Shown: positions 15,031 to 26,980 of the stretch, one piece after another
Layout: every line of letters starts with the position of its first letter
How positions within the stretch are numbered: the stretch's first letter is position 1
NCBI RefSeq assembly: GCF_039654945.1
Contig: NW_027361733.1
Location: forward strand, 23,560,001 to 23,624,000
DNA length: 64,000 bases
From: Dendrobates tinctorius
Lineage: Eukaryota
Direction: 5' to 3'
Translations under genes and position numbers: made by a program
Notes under the pieces: model-generated
Told to the model about the DNA's origin: nothing
The model's input: the letters and a program-made list of their open reading frames with translations, nothing else
Database searches by the model: none

Positions 15031-15900
15031 TTAACCCCTTCATGGTTTTTGTTTTTGTGTTTTCGCTTCCCTTCTTCCCAGAGCATAACTTTTTAATTTT
15101 TTTTTGTCAATATGGCCATGTGAGGGCTTATTTTTTGCGAGGCGTGTTGTACTTTTGAACAACACCATTAGTTCTAACATATTGCGTCCTGGAAAAACAG
15201 AAAAAATTGTGTGGTGAAATTGCAAAAAAAGTGCAATCCCACACTTGTGTTTTGTTTGGCTTTTTGTTAGGTTCACTAAATGCTAAAACTGACCTGCCAT
15301 TATGATTCTCCAGGTCATTATGAGTTAAAAGACACCAAACATGTCTAGGTTCTCTTTTATCTAAGTGGTGAAAAAAAAATCCCAAACTTTGTTATAAAAA
15401 TAAAAAATAAAAAAAGCTGTAATTTTCCGAGACCCATAGCATCTCCCATTTTTCATGATCTCGGGTTGGGCAAGGACTTATTTTTTGTGCGCCGAGCTGA
15501 TGTTTTTAATGATACCATTTTGGTGCCGACATGATCTTTGGATCGCCCGTTATTGCATTTTAATGCAATGTAGTGGCAATCAAAAAAAAGTAATTCTGGT
15601 GTTTTGACTTTTTTTCTCGCTACGCCATTTAGCTATAATGTTAATGCTTTTTTTATTGATAGATACTGAATGCTGCAATACCAAATATGTGTAGAATTGA
15701 TGAGTTTTTTTTGTTTTATTTTGAATGGGGCGAAATGGGGGTGATTTGAACTTTTTTATATATACAGTATATTTTTAAAAACTTTTTTTTTTTTTACTTT
15801 TGGCCTGCTTCAAAGCTGCCATAACCTGATCGGCTTTGCTACATGAAGGCAATGATCAGATCGCCTGCATGTAGAAGAATTGCTATGACCGTCGACCACT
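15031..15900. mobile_element. Non-autonomous piggyBac-like DNA transposon fragment (one end only)
   Basis: TTAA followed by CCCCTT terminus at 15031; AT-rich non-coding body; other end not found. Confidence 0.45.
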
Positions 15901-16195
15901 GGGTGGTCCCACAGTGGGACTAAGTGAAACAGTAAAACAAAATATGTAAAAAAAAAAAAAAAAAAAGACATAAAAAAGTGCACAAGTCAAAAAAAGCCTG
16001 TGGAAACACCCGCTCTATAAACCTGGCACATTATTTATTCCGTGTGGATTTACACTGTCACACAGCGAGCCGTGACTGACGCCGTGCCGGACCACCTCTG
16101 TGACTGAAAGGCCAAGGCTGACAAAAGGAATAAAGTTAATTTCCTCCCAGCAGCGATTTTATTCCCTCCGCAATAGAAGCACGAAGGCTCTTCGG

Positions 16196-17115
16196 ATGGG
16201 GTATGGTGGTGAGGGGGTATGGCGGTGACGGTGAGGGGGTATGGCGGTGACGGTGAGGGGGTATGGCAGTGAGGGGGTATGGCGGTGACGGTGAGGAGGT
16301 ATGGCAGTGAGGGGGTATGGCGGTGAGGTATGGCGGTGACGTTGAGGGGGTATGGCTGTGACTGTGAGGGGGTATGGCAGTGAGGGGGTGACGGTGAGGT
16401 ATGGCGGTGACGGTGAGGGGGTATGGCGGTGAGGGGGTATGGCGGTGACGGTGAGGGGGTATGGCGGTGACGGTGAGGGGGTATGGCGGCGACGGTGAGG
16501 GGGTATGGCTGTGACGGTGAGGGGGTATGGCTGTGACGGTGAGGTATGGCGGTGACGGTGAGGGGGTATGGCGGTGAGGGGGTATGGCGGTGATGGTGAG
16601 GGGGTATGGCGGTGACGGTGAGGGGGTATGGCGGTGATGGTGAGGGGGTATGGCGGTGATGGTGAGGGGGTATGGCGGCGACGGTGAGGGGGTATGGCGG
16701 CGACGGTGAGGGGGTATGGCAGTGAGGGGGTATGGCGGTGACGGTGAGGAGGTATGGCAGTGAGGGGGTGTGACGGTGAGGTATGGCGTGATGGTGAGGG
16801 GGTATGGCGGTGACGGTGAGGAGGTATGGCAGTGAGGGGGTGACGGTGAGGAGGTATGGCGGTGACGGTGAAGGGGTATGGCGGTGAGGGGGTATGGCGG
16901 TGATGGCGAGGGGGTATGGCGGTGATGGGGTATGGCAGTGAGGGGGTGTGACGGTGAGGAGGTATGGTGGTGAGGGGTATGGCGATGACGGTGAGGGGGT
17001 ATGGTGGTGACGAGGAGGTATGGCGGTGACGGTGAGGGGGTATGGCGGTGACGGGGTATGACGGTGTGGGGGTATGGCGGTGACGGTGAGGAGGTATGGC
17101 GGTGACGGTGAGGGG
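16196..17115 (+). repeat. G-rich minisatellite, mixed 16/22-bp units (ggtgacggtgagggggtatggc)
   Basis: Direct reading; source of the Pro/His/Thr-rich ORFs 16050-17129 and 16159-17205. Confidence 0.95.
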
Positions 17116-17299
17116 CAGCTGCTGCTCACAGCAAAAATGGGAAAAAAAATTACAGTTCAGCTTCAGCGGATTCTGGTTGCTAATAACAACAACCAGAGGC
17201 GGCAATGTCTCTCTTTACGATCTCTGCCGTGCAGGACTGGTGGTCACAGCTCCTCTGTGGCAGCGGGGAGGTCTCCAGCTGTCAGCTGAGCAGCACACA

Positions 17300-17476
17300 A
17301 TCCTATCAGTGAATACACGAGCGGAGGGGCAGCGTCACTGGACGGACCACGCCTTTCCGGTCAGGTGATGTCACTCTACTGCGCAGGTCTCCACTGCCGT
17401 GACGTCATGAGACGAGTGTACGGAAGTGTGTCCTCCGAGATGTTTTGCCGGTAACGGCACCGGTTAGTCCACGAGC
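17300..17476 (+). promoter_or_regulatory. TBC1D20 CpG-rich core promoter / 5' UTR (possibly bidirectional)
   Basis: Perfect CRE TGACGTCA 17400-17407, ETS CGGAAGTG 17421-17428, reverse ETS TTCCGG 17355-17360, NRF1-like TGCGCA ~17380; immediately upstream of the ATG. Confidence 0.7.
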
Positions 17477-17507
17477 ATGCCCGTGAGCACCGAGCCGGGG
17501 AGACACG
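17477..17507 (+). CDS. TBC1D20: TBC1D20 coding exon 1 (MPVSTEPGRH)
   Basis: agcATGc start, phase-1 donor G|gtaact matches the exon 2 phase; no sequence conservation to confirm. Confidence 0.75.
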
Positions 17508-20500
17508 GTAACTACCACCCAGGCGGCGGGATACTGCGGGTGTAAGGAGGGTGACATATGGGGTGTAGAGGGCCCTCCGAACTTGTCACCCCTTCATCCC
17601 TGGTGTCTGGCACCCCGCTGTGCGCGTCACCCCGGTGTCTGGCACCCCGCTGTGCGCGTCACCCCGGTGTCTGGCACCCCGCTGTGCGCGTCACCCCGGT
17701 GTCTGGCACCCCGCTGTGCGCGTCACCCCTGTGTCTGGCACCCCGCTGTGCGCGTCACCCCTGTGTCTGGCACCCCGCTGTGCGCGTCACCCCGGTGTCT
17801 GGCACCCCGCTGTGCGCGTCACCCCGGTGTCTGGCACCCCGCTGTGCGCGTCACCCCGGTGTCTGGCACCCCGCTGTGCGCGTCACCCCGGTGTCTGGCA
17901 CCCCGCTGTGCGCGTCACCCCGGTGTCTGGCACCCCGCTGTGCGCGTCACCCCGGTGTCTGGCACCCCGCTGTGCGCGTCACCCCGGTGTCTGGCACCCC
18001 GCTGTGCGCGTCACCCCTGTGTCTGGCACCCCGCTGTGCGCGTCACCCCGGTGTCTGGCACCCCGCTGTGCGCGTCACCCCGGTGTCTGGCACCCCGCTG
18101 TGCGCGTCACCCCGGTGTCTGGCACCCCGCTGTGCGCGTCACCCCGGTGTCTGGCACCCCGCTGTGCGCGTCACCCCGGTGTCTGGCACCCCGCTGTGCG
18201 CGTCACCCCTGTGTCTGGCACCCCGCTGTGCGCGTCACCCCTGTGTCTGGCACCCCGCTGTGCGCGTCACCCCGGTGTCTGGCACCCCGCTGTGCGCGTC
18301 ACCCCGGTGTCTGGCACCCCGCTGTGCGCGTCACCCCGGTGTCTGGCACCCCGCTGTGCGCGTCACCCCGGTGTCTGGCACCCCGCTGTGCGCGTCACCC
18401 CTGTGTCTGGCACCCCGCTGTGCGCGTCACCCCGGTGTCTGGCACCCCGCTGTGCGCGTCACCCCGGTGTCTGGCACCCCGCTGTGCGCGTCACCCCTGT
18501 GTCTGGCACCCCGCTGTGCGCGTCACCCCTGTGTCTGGCACCCCGCTCTACCTGTCACCTCGGTATATGGCACCCTGCTGTATGCATCACCCCAGTGTGA
18601 CACCGTTATAGGTGTCACCCCAGTATATGGCACCCTGCTGTACGTGTCACCCAGTATATGACACCCAGCTGTATGCATCACCCCAGTATATGGCACCCTG
18701 CTGTACCTGTCACCCCGGTATGTGACCCCTTGCAGTTCGCGTCACCCCGGTATGTGACCCCTTGCAGTTCGCGTCACCCCGGTATGTGACCCCTTGCAGT
18801 TCGCGTCACCCCGGTATGTGACCCCTTGCAGTTCGCGTCACCCCGGTATGTGACCCCTTGCTGTACGCGTCACCCCGGTATGTGACCCCTTGCTGTACGC
18901 GTCACCCCGGTATGTGACCCCTTGCTGTACGCGTCACCCCGGTATGTGACCCCTTGCTCTACGCGTCACCCCGGTATGTGACCCCTTGCTGTACGCGTCA
19001 CCCTGGTATGTGACCCCTTGCTATGGCCAAAGATCCTGGACCTCAACCCTCCGTCAGGAATGAGACTCCAAATGATTGCAGCTCTGTGTGGAAACAAAAG
19101 GTGGCAGGGCCTTTGTGTCCTAAGGAAAGCGGTGGGGTACTTTTGAGTGGAGCAAAGGCAGGAGATTCCTTTTCGGGGGTCTGTGGGGAGTAGGGTTACA
19201 AGGTAGAAGGGCCTTTGTGAGGTTAAGGGGGTGAGGGAGGGGCACAGCTTGGCAGGGCTCTGCAGGGGAAGGAGGCGGGTTTTGCCCACCTCTGCAGGGG
19301 AAGGAGGCAGGCAGACCGGTGGGGGACATGCTGAAGGATAATTTTTCTTAATAGTGTGTGTGGACATGTGGCTGCCATTTTTGCTGGATATTATAGCCCT
19401 GGCAGATACATCTCCCGGTCACCCTCCTCTCTTTGTGTTTCAGGCAATGAATTCCGTAGGCGCAGGAAGTTATGTGACATCCAGAAGGCGCTGAGTAAGG
19501 ATCCCCCAGATGTAGCGACGCTTCGGCGGATGGCAATCAGCGAGGGCGGTCTTCTTACTGATGAGATCCGATGCCAAGTGTGGCCCAGACTCCTGAATGT
19601 CAGCACCGAGGAGCTGCCTCCACCCCCAGGTATGACAGCACTGTGAAAAGCACTGGGGATCACTAGAGACGGGGTCACCCCTGACTAGCTGCCTTATCTC
19701 TGCAGGTCCTGAACTGCGGGTGAACAACAAAGACTATGAGCAGGTTCTGCTGGACGTCCGGCGCTCGCTGAGACGCTTCCCCCCTGGTGAGATGTCAGTG
19801 GGGTTATTGGGTGATGTTATACTTAATCTACTGGTTATCTACAACTCCCATGGTGCTTTGCCCGTGGTTCACAATCTAAGGAGAATTCCAGTCTTCCTAA
19901 TATTATCCAGAAATCTGATGATCCAGCACTGTGCCTCATGGATGCCAGATTACAGTGGATAAATAAAGGCCCCATTTATTTCATAGCACCTTTTTTAAGT
20001 CTGAAAGGATTGGTAATAGGGGATGGGGGGGCCCTCATGTCCTGCTGGTTGGGGTGGAAGTGATCTGTTCTGAAGGCTGGCATTCTCCACCGTGCCCATT
20101 ATTGGATAAATGTGGTGAGAGGAGGGTTGACTTTACTTTCGGGACTTGGGTTGAGGCTTACGTTTTTCTGTCTTTTCTCAAACATGGGGGTACTCCGTCT
20201 GGTTTTGCCTCACAGGTATGCCCTTAAAGGAGCGGGAAGACTTGCAGGAGCAGCTGATTGACATCATCCTGCAGGTGTTGGCACGAAACCTGCAGTTGCA
20301 CTATTACCAGGGATATCATGATATTGTAGTCACTTTCCTGCTGGTGGTGGGAGGGCCGGTAGCCACTCTCCTGGTGGATAAGCTGTCCACACATCACCTA
20401 AGGTGGGTCTGTGTGAGCCCCCCATACCCCGACATCTGGCACATTCACTCCCACATATCCTTTTCTGCATACAGCTCACAGTGCTGTAACCCTCTAATAT

Positions 20501-22644
20501 ACTAACATTTCATAACCCCCATCCATAATGATGGCACAGGACTATGGCAACAATTGGCCCCAACGGTACCGTGTCATCACGCAGGATGGGGACGGTTGTG
20601 ATTGCCCGCCACACTAATTGCTTACCTCTGTTTAACCCTTTACAGACCTGCTTACATCTACCTCTACTGCCTGTGGGTTAAGAAAAGTGGGTAGTGGAGT
20701 AAGACGTGGTGGGAGGGTCACTATGGAGCCACATATACCTGCACTGATGCTGCAAACAGGCTGACTAGTTACAGAATTTCTGCTTTTTACTTTGTTGCAG
20801 AAATATTCACACACTGTAAACCCTCACCCAAATACTGTATTTATAAGCTTCACATATTCCCTCCAGGAAGATATTGTATCAAGCACCTTCTATAGCCGTG
20901 GTTTCCAAACCACTACAACTCCCAGCATGCTCTGACACCTACAGACTGGATCTCCACTCCAGACTAGAGTTGAACGACTTTGGTCGGATCGGGTTTCATG
21001 AAACAAAATTTGAGTCAGATGAAACTGGTCCGACTAGGACCAAAAAAGTCGGAGTTTCGTCTGAAACCCGACCCCAATTCAAGTCAATGGGGAATAAAAG
21101 TCGGCATTGAGTGGATGAATGTCATCCACTCAATGCCAACTTTTATTTCCCATTGACTTGCATTGGGGTCGGGTTTCGGACGAAACTCCGACTTTTTGGC
21201 CCTAGTCGGACCAGTTTCATCTGATTCAAATTTTGTTTCATGAAACCCGATCCGACCAAAGTCGCTCAACTCTACTCCAGACACCTTTTACCTTCACTCT
21301 GTCTTATTTGTGCTGCTCAGCCCTTTTTTCTCTTACCCTACAGGGACTTCATGGACCCCAGCATGGATAACACAAAGCACATCCTCAACTACCTAATGCC
21401 CATTATAGAGCTGGTGAACCCAGCACTGCATGACTTCATGGTTCGGTGGGTATATCCTGAGTTGTGAGCTCCCTCTGGGCACTTAGAGGAGCAGCTGACT
21501 GTATGTTTTATCCACAGGGCGGAGGTTGGCACCATATTTGCCCTAAGTTGGCTCATCACATGGTTCGGGCACGTCCTGTCAGACTTTAGGCATGTGGTGA
21601 GGTTGTACGACTTCTTCCTGGCTTGCCACCCGCTGATGCCCATCTACTTTGCGGCTGTGGTAAGAGCGTGCGCCGTGACGTATGAAGAGCTGCTGTAATC
21701 CAACTTTTCTAATGACCAACCTCATCTTCCTCTCTGCAGATTGTATTACACAGAGAGGCAGAGGTGATGGAGTGCGAGTGTGATATGGCATCCGTCCACC
21801 ACCTGCTGTCACAGATCCCTCAAGATTTGCCCTACGAGACTCTCATCAGCAAAGCCGGCGACCTCTTCGTCCAGTTCCCCCCATCTGAACTATCCAGGGA
21901 AGCCGCACAGCAGCATCAGGCGGAACGGTGAGGACAAGCTGGGAGCAGTGGTACTTCTTCTAAGGGCTGTAGAAGGGGACATCAGGCACCCAAAGTCCCT
22001 CAACCTGAAGATGAGTGAGAATGTCCACTCCTGAGGGGACTGGGACACATTTTAAGGCCTAAGCAGTGTGTTCACTGCTCTCTTCACTACACGCAGTTTT
22101 ATAAAGGGGAACACTATTTATGAAGCCTTTTTCTGTAGTAATGCAAAATGATCCGACCCTTCTCCATTCTCATCCAAAGCTGTATTTATAATCCTGCCAG
22201 TTTTCGGACTTTCAGCTTATTGGTTATGTGGCTGTCAATGGGTTGACCAGTGGAATTTTGGATAAGCCGCTTTGGATGGGAATGAAACTCAAAGTCCAAA
22301 TTTTATGTCACTGAGTGCCTTAATTGTTGATTTAGACCATACTGATCACTTATTTATGCATAAATCTATTTATTCCCATTTAATCCAGGACTGCGGTGTC
22401 AACCTTTAAAGACTTTGAACTTGCGTCCACCCAGCAGCGGCCGGATATGGTTCTCCGCAGACGCTTCAGGGACATGGTTCGGCCAGAGCCCGGGAACAAG
22501 GCGGTCCTCACCAAACCCCGTACTAACAGACTGGTGAAGCTGGCAGTCATGGGACTGACAGTGGCTCTAGGTGCCGCCGCTCTTGCTGTAGTAAAGAGCG
22601 CTCTGGAATGGGCCCCCAAATTTGAACTGCAGATTTTTCCATAA
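17477..22644 (+). CDS. TBC1D20: TBC1 domain family member 20 (Rab GAP), 8 coding exons, 390 aa
   Basis: Exons 17477-17507, 19444-19629, 19706-19786, 20216-20402, 21344-21445, 21518-21659, 21740-21927, 22389-22644; all GT-AG, phases join, total 1173 nt; motifs LRRMAISEGGLLTDEIR, QVLLDVRRSLRRFP, HYYQGYHDI, FALSWLITWFGH and C-terminal TM VKLAVMGLTVALGAAALAVVKSALEWAPKF match recalled vertebrate TBC1D20. Confidence 0.97.
17602..19022 (+). repeat. 32-bp CpG-rich minisatellite in TBC1D20 intron 1
   Basis: (gtgtctggcaccccgctgtgcgcgtcaccccg) ~29 near-identical copies to ~18546, then degenerate units, then a second 32-bp variant (ccccggtatgtgaccccttgcagttcgcgtca). Confidence 0.95.
19444..19629 (+). 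CDS. TBC1D20: TBC1D20 exon 2
   Basis: tgtttcag|GC AAT GAA...CCA G|gtatga. Confidence 0.95.
19706..19786 (+). CDS. TBC1D20: TBC1D20 exon 3
   Basis: ctgcag|GT CCT...CCT G|gtgaga; KDYEQVLLDVRRSLRRFPP. Confidence 0.95.
20216..20402 (+). CDS. TBC1D20: TBC1D20 exon 4
   Basis: cacag|GT ATG...CTA AG|gtgggt; LHYYQGYHDIVVTFLLV. Confidence 0.95.
20965..21274. mobile_element. hAT-type palindromic MITE in TBC1D20 intron 4
   Basis: TIR tagagttga...tcaactcta; 8-bp TSD ctccagac at 20957-20964 and 21275-21282; near-perfect 310-bp fold-back. Confidence 0.9.
21344..21445 (+). CDS. TBC1D20: TBC1D20 exon 5
   Basis: tacag|G GAC TTC ATG...GTT CG|gtgggt. Confidence 0.95.
21518..21659 (+). CDS. TBC1D20: TBC1D20 exon 6
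   Basis: cacag|G GCG GAG GTT...GCT GTG|gtaaga; AEVGTIFALSWLITWFGHV. Confidence 0.95.
21740..21927 (+). CDS. TBC1D20: TBC1D20 exon 7
   Basis: ctgcag|ATT GTA...GAA CG|gtgagg; CDMASVHHLLSQIPQDLPYETLI. Confidence 0.95.
22389..22644 (+). CDS. TBC1D20: TBC1D20 exon 8 (terminal)
   Basis: atccag|G ACT GCG...CCA TAA; candidate AATAAA at ~23147 and ~23777. Confidence 0.95.
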
Positions 22645-24304
22645 CTGGGGCGTTAATTGGAGAGCCTGTGGTTTTGTCATCCATCGAGCATCTCATCGGG
22701 TGGAGACTGCACCCCCACACCTGTGCCTTTGTCCTGTCCAGCACCTCAATATCCAAACTCCCTGCCTTCTCCCAACACATTTGACTTTATTTTGCCACTT
22801 TACACTTGGACACGTTGATTTAACCGATCACTATTGGAGATCCTGCTGTTTATGCCATGAGGTAAATGAAGGTCGCCCCGGCATGGAATACAGCTGAATA
22901 ACCTGTGTATATCTGTACATAATTGTTCACTTTATGATAAATATTTAACACCACTTGTTTCTAGTTATCATGGCTCTGGCCTTGTTATGGCTTTTATAGA
23001 CTTATAATGACAAGTGACCTCCGGTGCGATCCAGCAGGTCACAAGCTGCAGAAAAGTGACCCGAGCAGCGCCAATAGCAGCTGCCATCTGCTTCTGTTAA
23101 TACCAGGAGCAGGGAACATGCATTAGTGATACCATGCGAGCGGTAAAATAAAAAACGCCGGAGTGGTGCTTGAAGGAATTGGGGCCAAAGTCGTTTTCAA
23201 GGTGAAAATCGAAAATTGATATTCATGGCATCCCCCAGGGTGGAGGTCCGACTTCTGCAGCAATTTGCAATGCCATTTGACTACAGTGAATGTAGCAGCT
23301 CAATGCTGACGGCGGCTGTACGTTTTGCCATGCTCCTTCCTGTGCCCTGGTTATTTGAAATTACCCTTATTCCCGTAATGGGCATCTTCCTGTCATCCGG
23401 ACCGGCGAGCGATTACATAAAGGCGACCTGATAAGAGGAGGTTGTTCATCAGCAGTAACTTGCACAAGCTATTGAGTAATATCTGGTGACCAGAGGAGCT
23501 GCTGTCTTTTGAAACTGACAAAGAGCTCAACAGAAGGTCTATGGAGTCCATGTTCAGAGGAGAGCAGCACTATGTTGTGCACTTCAGCACCTTCATTTTT
23601 AGCTCGTTTAGTTCCCTACTGATCATAACTTCTGACGTGTCTCTGACCTATCCAAGGTTTTCTACAAGTGCGGATACACTTTAGATGACGTGTAGATCAT
23701 CGCCATCTTCTGCTGTTCGGCTCATACAGCTTGCACTGCCATCTAGTGCTCAGTCAAGGTCACTGCAGGTCCATCAAATAAAGGCTTCTTCCAATCCATT
23801 TGGACCATTTCCTAAGAGTAAGATGAGATGCAGCAGAAATTTCTACGCTTGATAATCAGTCCCAAGCATGTTAAGTGTTTTTTCTGCATTAAGCACCACT
23901 CATAATTGGAAGAATAAAGAAACAAAATCTGTTGACTGTGCATTAACACTAACAGCCACCAAAGGAGAATGTCTGCTTTTGTTATTTGATCAAGGCCAGG
24001 TCTTCTCATCCCTAAGATCTGATGTTTAGATATGTGCGGGGTGGGCTGGAAGGAGTGTGGTGTTTGCTATTTTCGGATTTCCCCTAGCTCAGCACTCCTG
24101 AGTGATAATTCCCTGAGCTGTAGAATTTCCCTTATTTCCAATGCAATTCATAGTGAATGCTGATTTATTTCTACTGGCGTCAGAGAGAAAGTATTTTCAC
24201 CATCATCCTCCATGCATATGATAGGCCATTCCTCACCAACTAAAGGGAAACTCCACCACCGTGCTATAGCACGAGCAATGCCGGTGATCTATGGTGATAG
24301 AATA

Positions 24305-24605
24305 AACACCCGGAAAGATGGAGGCAAGGCTCTTTTTGCATTGCTTGCAGCTTCAGGAATGTATTACAGCCACCACCACCATAGTTTATGCATTAATCAC
24401 AATGTTTCGGCCGATCAGCATGCCCTTCTTCAGACCAGGTTGTGCTGCCTTAGTTGCAGGCAGCTCATAAAGCCTTGGACCCATTATATGCCTGAAGATG
24501 GGCATGCTTATTATGCATTAATCACGACGTTTCTGCCAATGTACTGTAATGCCTTCCTGTAACTGCAAGCAATCCAAGAGAGTGCGGCTTCCATATTTCT
24601 GGTTA
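24305..24605. mobile_element. Degenerate Penelope-like inverted-repeat remnant
   Basis: Imperfect inverted arms (gcattgcttgcagcttcaggaatgtattacag / ctgtaatgccttcctgtaactgcaagcaatcc) around a CTGAAGA...GAAAC core. Confidence 0.45.
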
Positions 24606-24848
24606 CATGTTAAGATTGGTGGAAGAGAGGTCTAGAGGAGGTCAAGCACTCAATCGTTGAAGTAGTGCTGACCCACTACCTCCAATGGCGCATTTTGTGT
24701 GTGTTCATATCCCCGTGTGTGGTATCTCATGTCAGGGCCCCACCTTAGCAACTGTACGGTATATACTCTTTGGCGCCATCGCTCTCATTCTTTCAGTCCC
24801 CCTTGTTCACATCTGGCAGCTGTCACTTTGCCTCCAACACTTTTCCAT

Positions 24849-25220
24849 TCACTCTTTTCCCATTATGTAGATAGGGGCAAAATTGTTTGGTGAATTGGAA
24901 CGCGTGGGGTTAAAATTTGACCTCACAACATAGCCTATGACGCTCTCGGGGTTCCGACGTGTGACTGTGCAAAATTTTGTGGCTGTAGCTACGACGGTGC
25001 AGGTGCCAATACATACATACACTTCTTCCCCATTATGTAGATAGGGGCAAAATTGTTTGGTGAATTGGAACACGTGGGGTTAAAATTTTGCCTCACAACA
25101 TAGCCTATGACGCTCTCGGGGTCCAGACGTGTGACTGTGCCAAATTTTGTGGCTGTAGCTGCGACGGTGCGGATGCCAATCCCGGACATACATGCATACA
25201 CACCCACATTGAGCTTTATA
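24849..25220 (-). mobile_element. Non-autonomous Helitron-like repeat with a ~170-bp internal tandem duplication
   Basis: Two copies of ccccattatgtagataggggcaaaattgtttggtgaattgg; minus strand starts tataaagctcaatgtgggtgtgtatg, resembling Helitron 5' ends; no clear 3' CTAG hairpin. Confidence 0.4.
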
Positions 25221-25221
25221 C

Positions 25222-26980
25222 ATTACAAACAGAGTGATCTATTTCACGTGTTTATTTCTGCTAATGATGATTATGTGTTATGATTGGGTCACCGTGGAGG
25301 AAAACAAGACCAAGCTAAGCTACAGCAAACCAGAGAGGTTGGTAACTAAGCGAATTGCAGACACCTGATCCTATCCACACAACTAGCAGTAGCCGTGGAG
25401 CGCACCTATGATGATTCTAGACGCCTCGTCACAGCCGGAGAACTAAATAAGCCTAAACCAAGAAAAGGGGAAATCTAAACTGCCCCAGCGCAGACCCCAA
25501 AGGAATAGACAGCCCCCAAACATATATTGTCGGTGAAACAAGATGAAAACACAAACACAGGTAGGAAAATAGGCTGAGCAAACGATGGGGCCCACACTAA
25601 CTAGAAAGGAAAGACACTGTCTGCAATCACGCAAAATACCCTGCAAAAATTTCCAACACTTCTGATAACAAAAACTCTGAAGTCACTAGACTTCTCCCAC
25701 AATATCAGCACTCTGGCATATTCTGAAAGCAGAGCAAAAAGAGGCCAATCTAATAAGGGACAAAAAACAAACTGGCACAAGTAGCAACATAAGGATGGAA
25801 ATTCAGCACAGCCCCAGCCGGGGCTGGCTGACCACACAAAACTGAATAGACAAAACCAAATCAAATGTGAACAATAGCAAAGAACACTTAGCTAAGCATG
25901 CAGGGACTGAACTGGAAACTAAGACCTCAGGAGGCAGGAAAAATCACCAGCAGGGATAGAGGGATTCGGCTGTCTTAAATCCAGTCAGAGACTCCAGATG
26001 TCCAATCGTCGTCCTCATTATCAGGTGGCAGACCTCTGTCAATTAGATCAGCTCCATTACCTCCTGTAACCACCAGAGGGAGCACGGAAAGAGAACACGC
26101 GACTCTGTCAATACAACCAGCTCCACTACCTTCACTAGCAACCAGAGGTAGGCCAGAAAGTGAATTCACAACAATTATGGCTTACAGCCAATGAAAACCC
26201 AAAAGTCATTATCTCAGTAAATTAGATTAACAAAAAACACCTGCAAAGGCTTTCTAAGTGTTTAAAAAGGTCCCTTAATCTGTTTCAGTAGGCTCCCACA
26301 ATCATGGGGAAGACTGCTGACTTGACAGATGTCCAGAAGGCAGTCATTGACACACTCCACAAGGAGGATAAGTCACAAAAGGTCATTACTAAAGAAGCTG
26401 GCTATTCAGAGTGCTGTATCCAAGCGTATTAATGGAAAGTTCAGTGGAAGGAAAAAGTGTGGCAGAAAAAGGTGCACAAGCAACCGGAATAACTGCAGCC
26501 TTGGAAGGATTGTTAAGAAAAGGCCATTCAAAAATTTGGGGGAGATTCACAAGGAGTGGACTGCTGCTGGAGTCATTGCTTCAAGAGCCACCACACACAG
26601 ACTTATCCAGGACATGGGCTACAAGTGTCACATTCCTTGTGTCAAGCCACTCATGACCAATAGACAACGCCAGAGGCGTCTTACCTGGGCCAAGGGGAAA
26701 AAGAACTGGACTGTTGCTCAGTGATCCAAGGTGTTGTTTTCAGATGAAAGTAAATGTTGCATTTCATTTGGAAATCAAGGTCCCAGAGTCTGGAGGAAGA
26801 ATGGAGAGGCCACAATCCAAGCTGCTTGAGGTCTAATCATAATCATCAACATTAGCAGAAATAAACCCTTGAAATAGATCACTCTGTAATGACTATGTAA
26901 TATATGAGATTCACTTTTTGTATTGAAGAACTGAAATAAATTAACTTTTTGATGATATTCTATTTTGTGAGAAGCACTTG
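25222..26980 (+). mobile_element. Internally deleted Tc1 element interrupted by a solo LTR
   Basis: Transposase remnant from ATG 26304 (MGKTADLTDVQKAVIDTLHKE, frameshifted, ...FSDESK); right TIR ends agaagcacttg|TA. Confidence 0.8.
25276..26173 (-). mobile_element. Solo LTR, copy 1
   Basis: TG...CA termini; 6-bp TSD attatg; homologous to 53910-54826 in opposite orientation. Confidence 0.88.

Noticed and set aside
16050-18661. Long Pro/His/Cys-rich ORFs (326-367 aa) around the TBC1D20 promoter
   Set aside because: Stop-free translations of minisatellites, open in several frames at once
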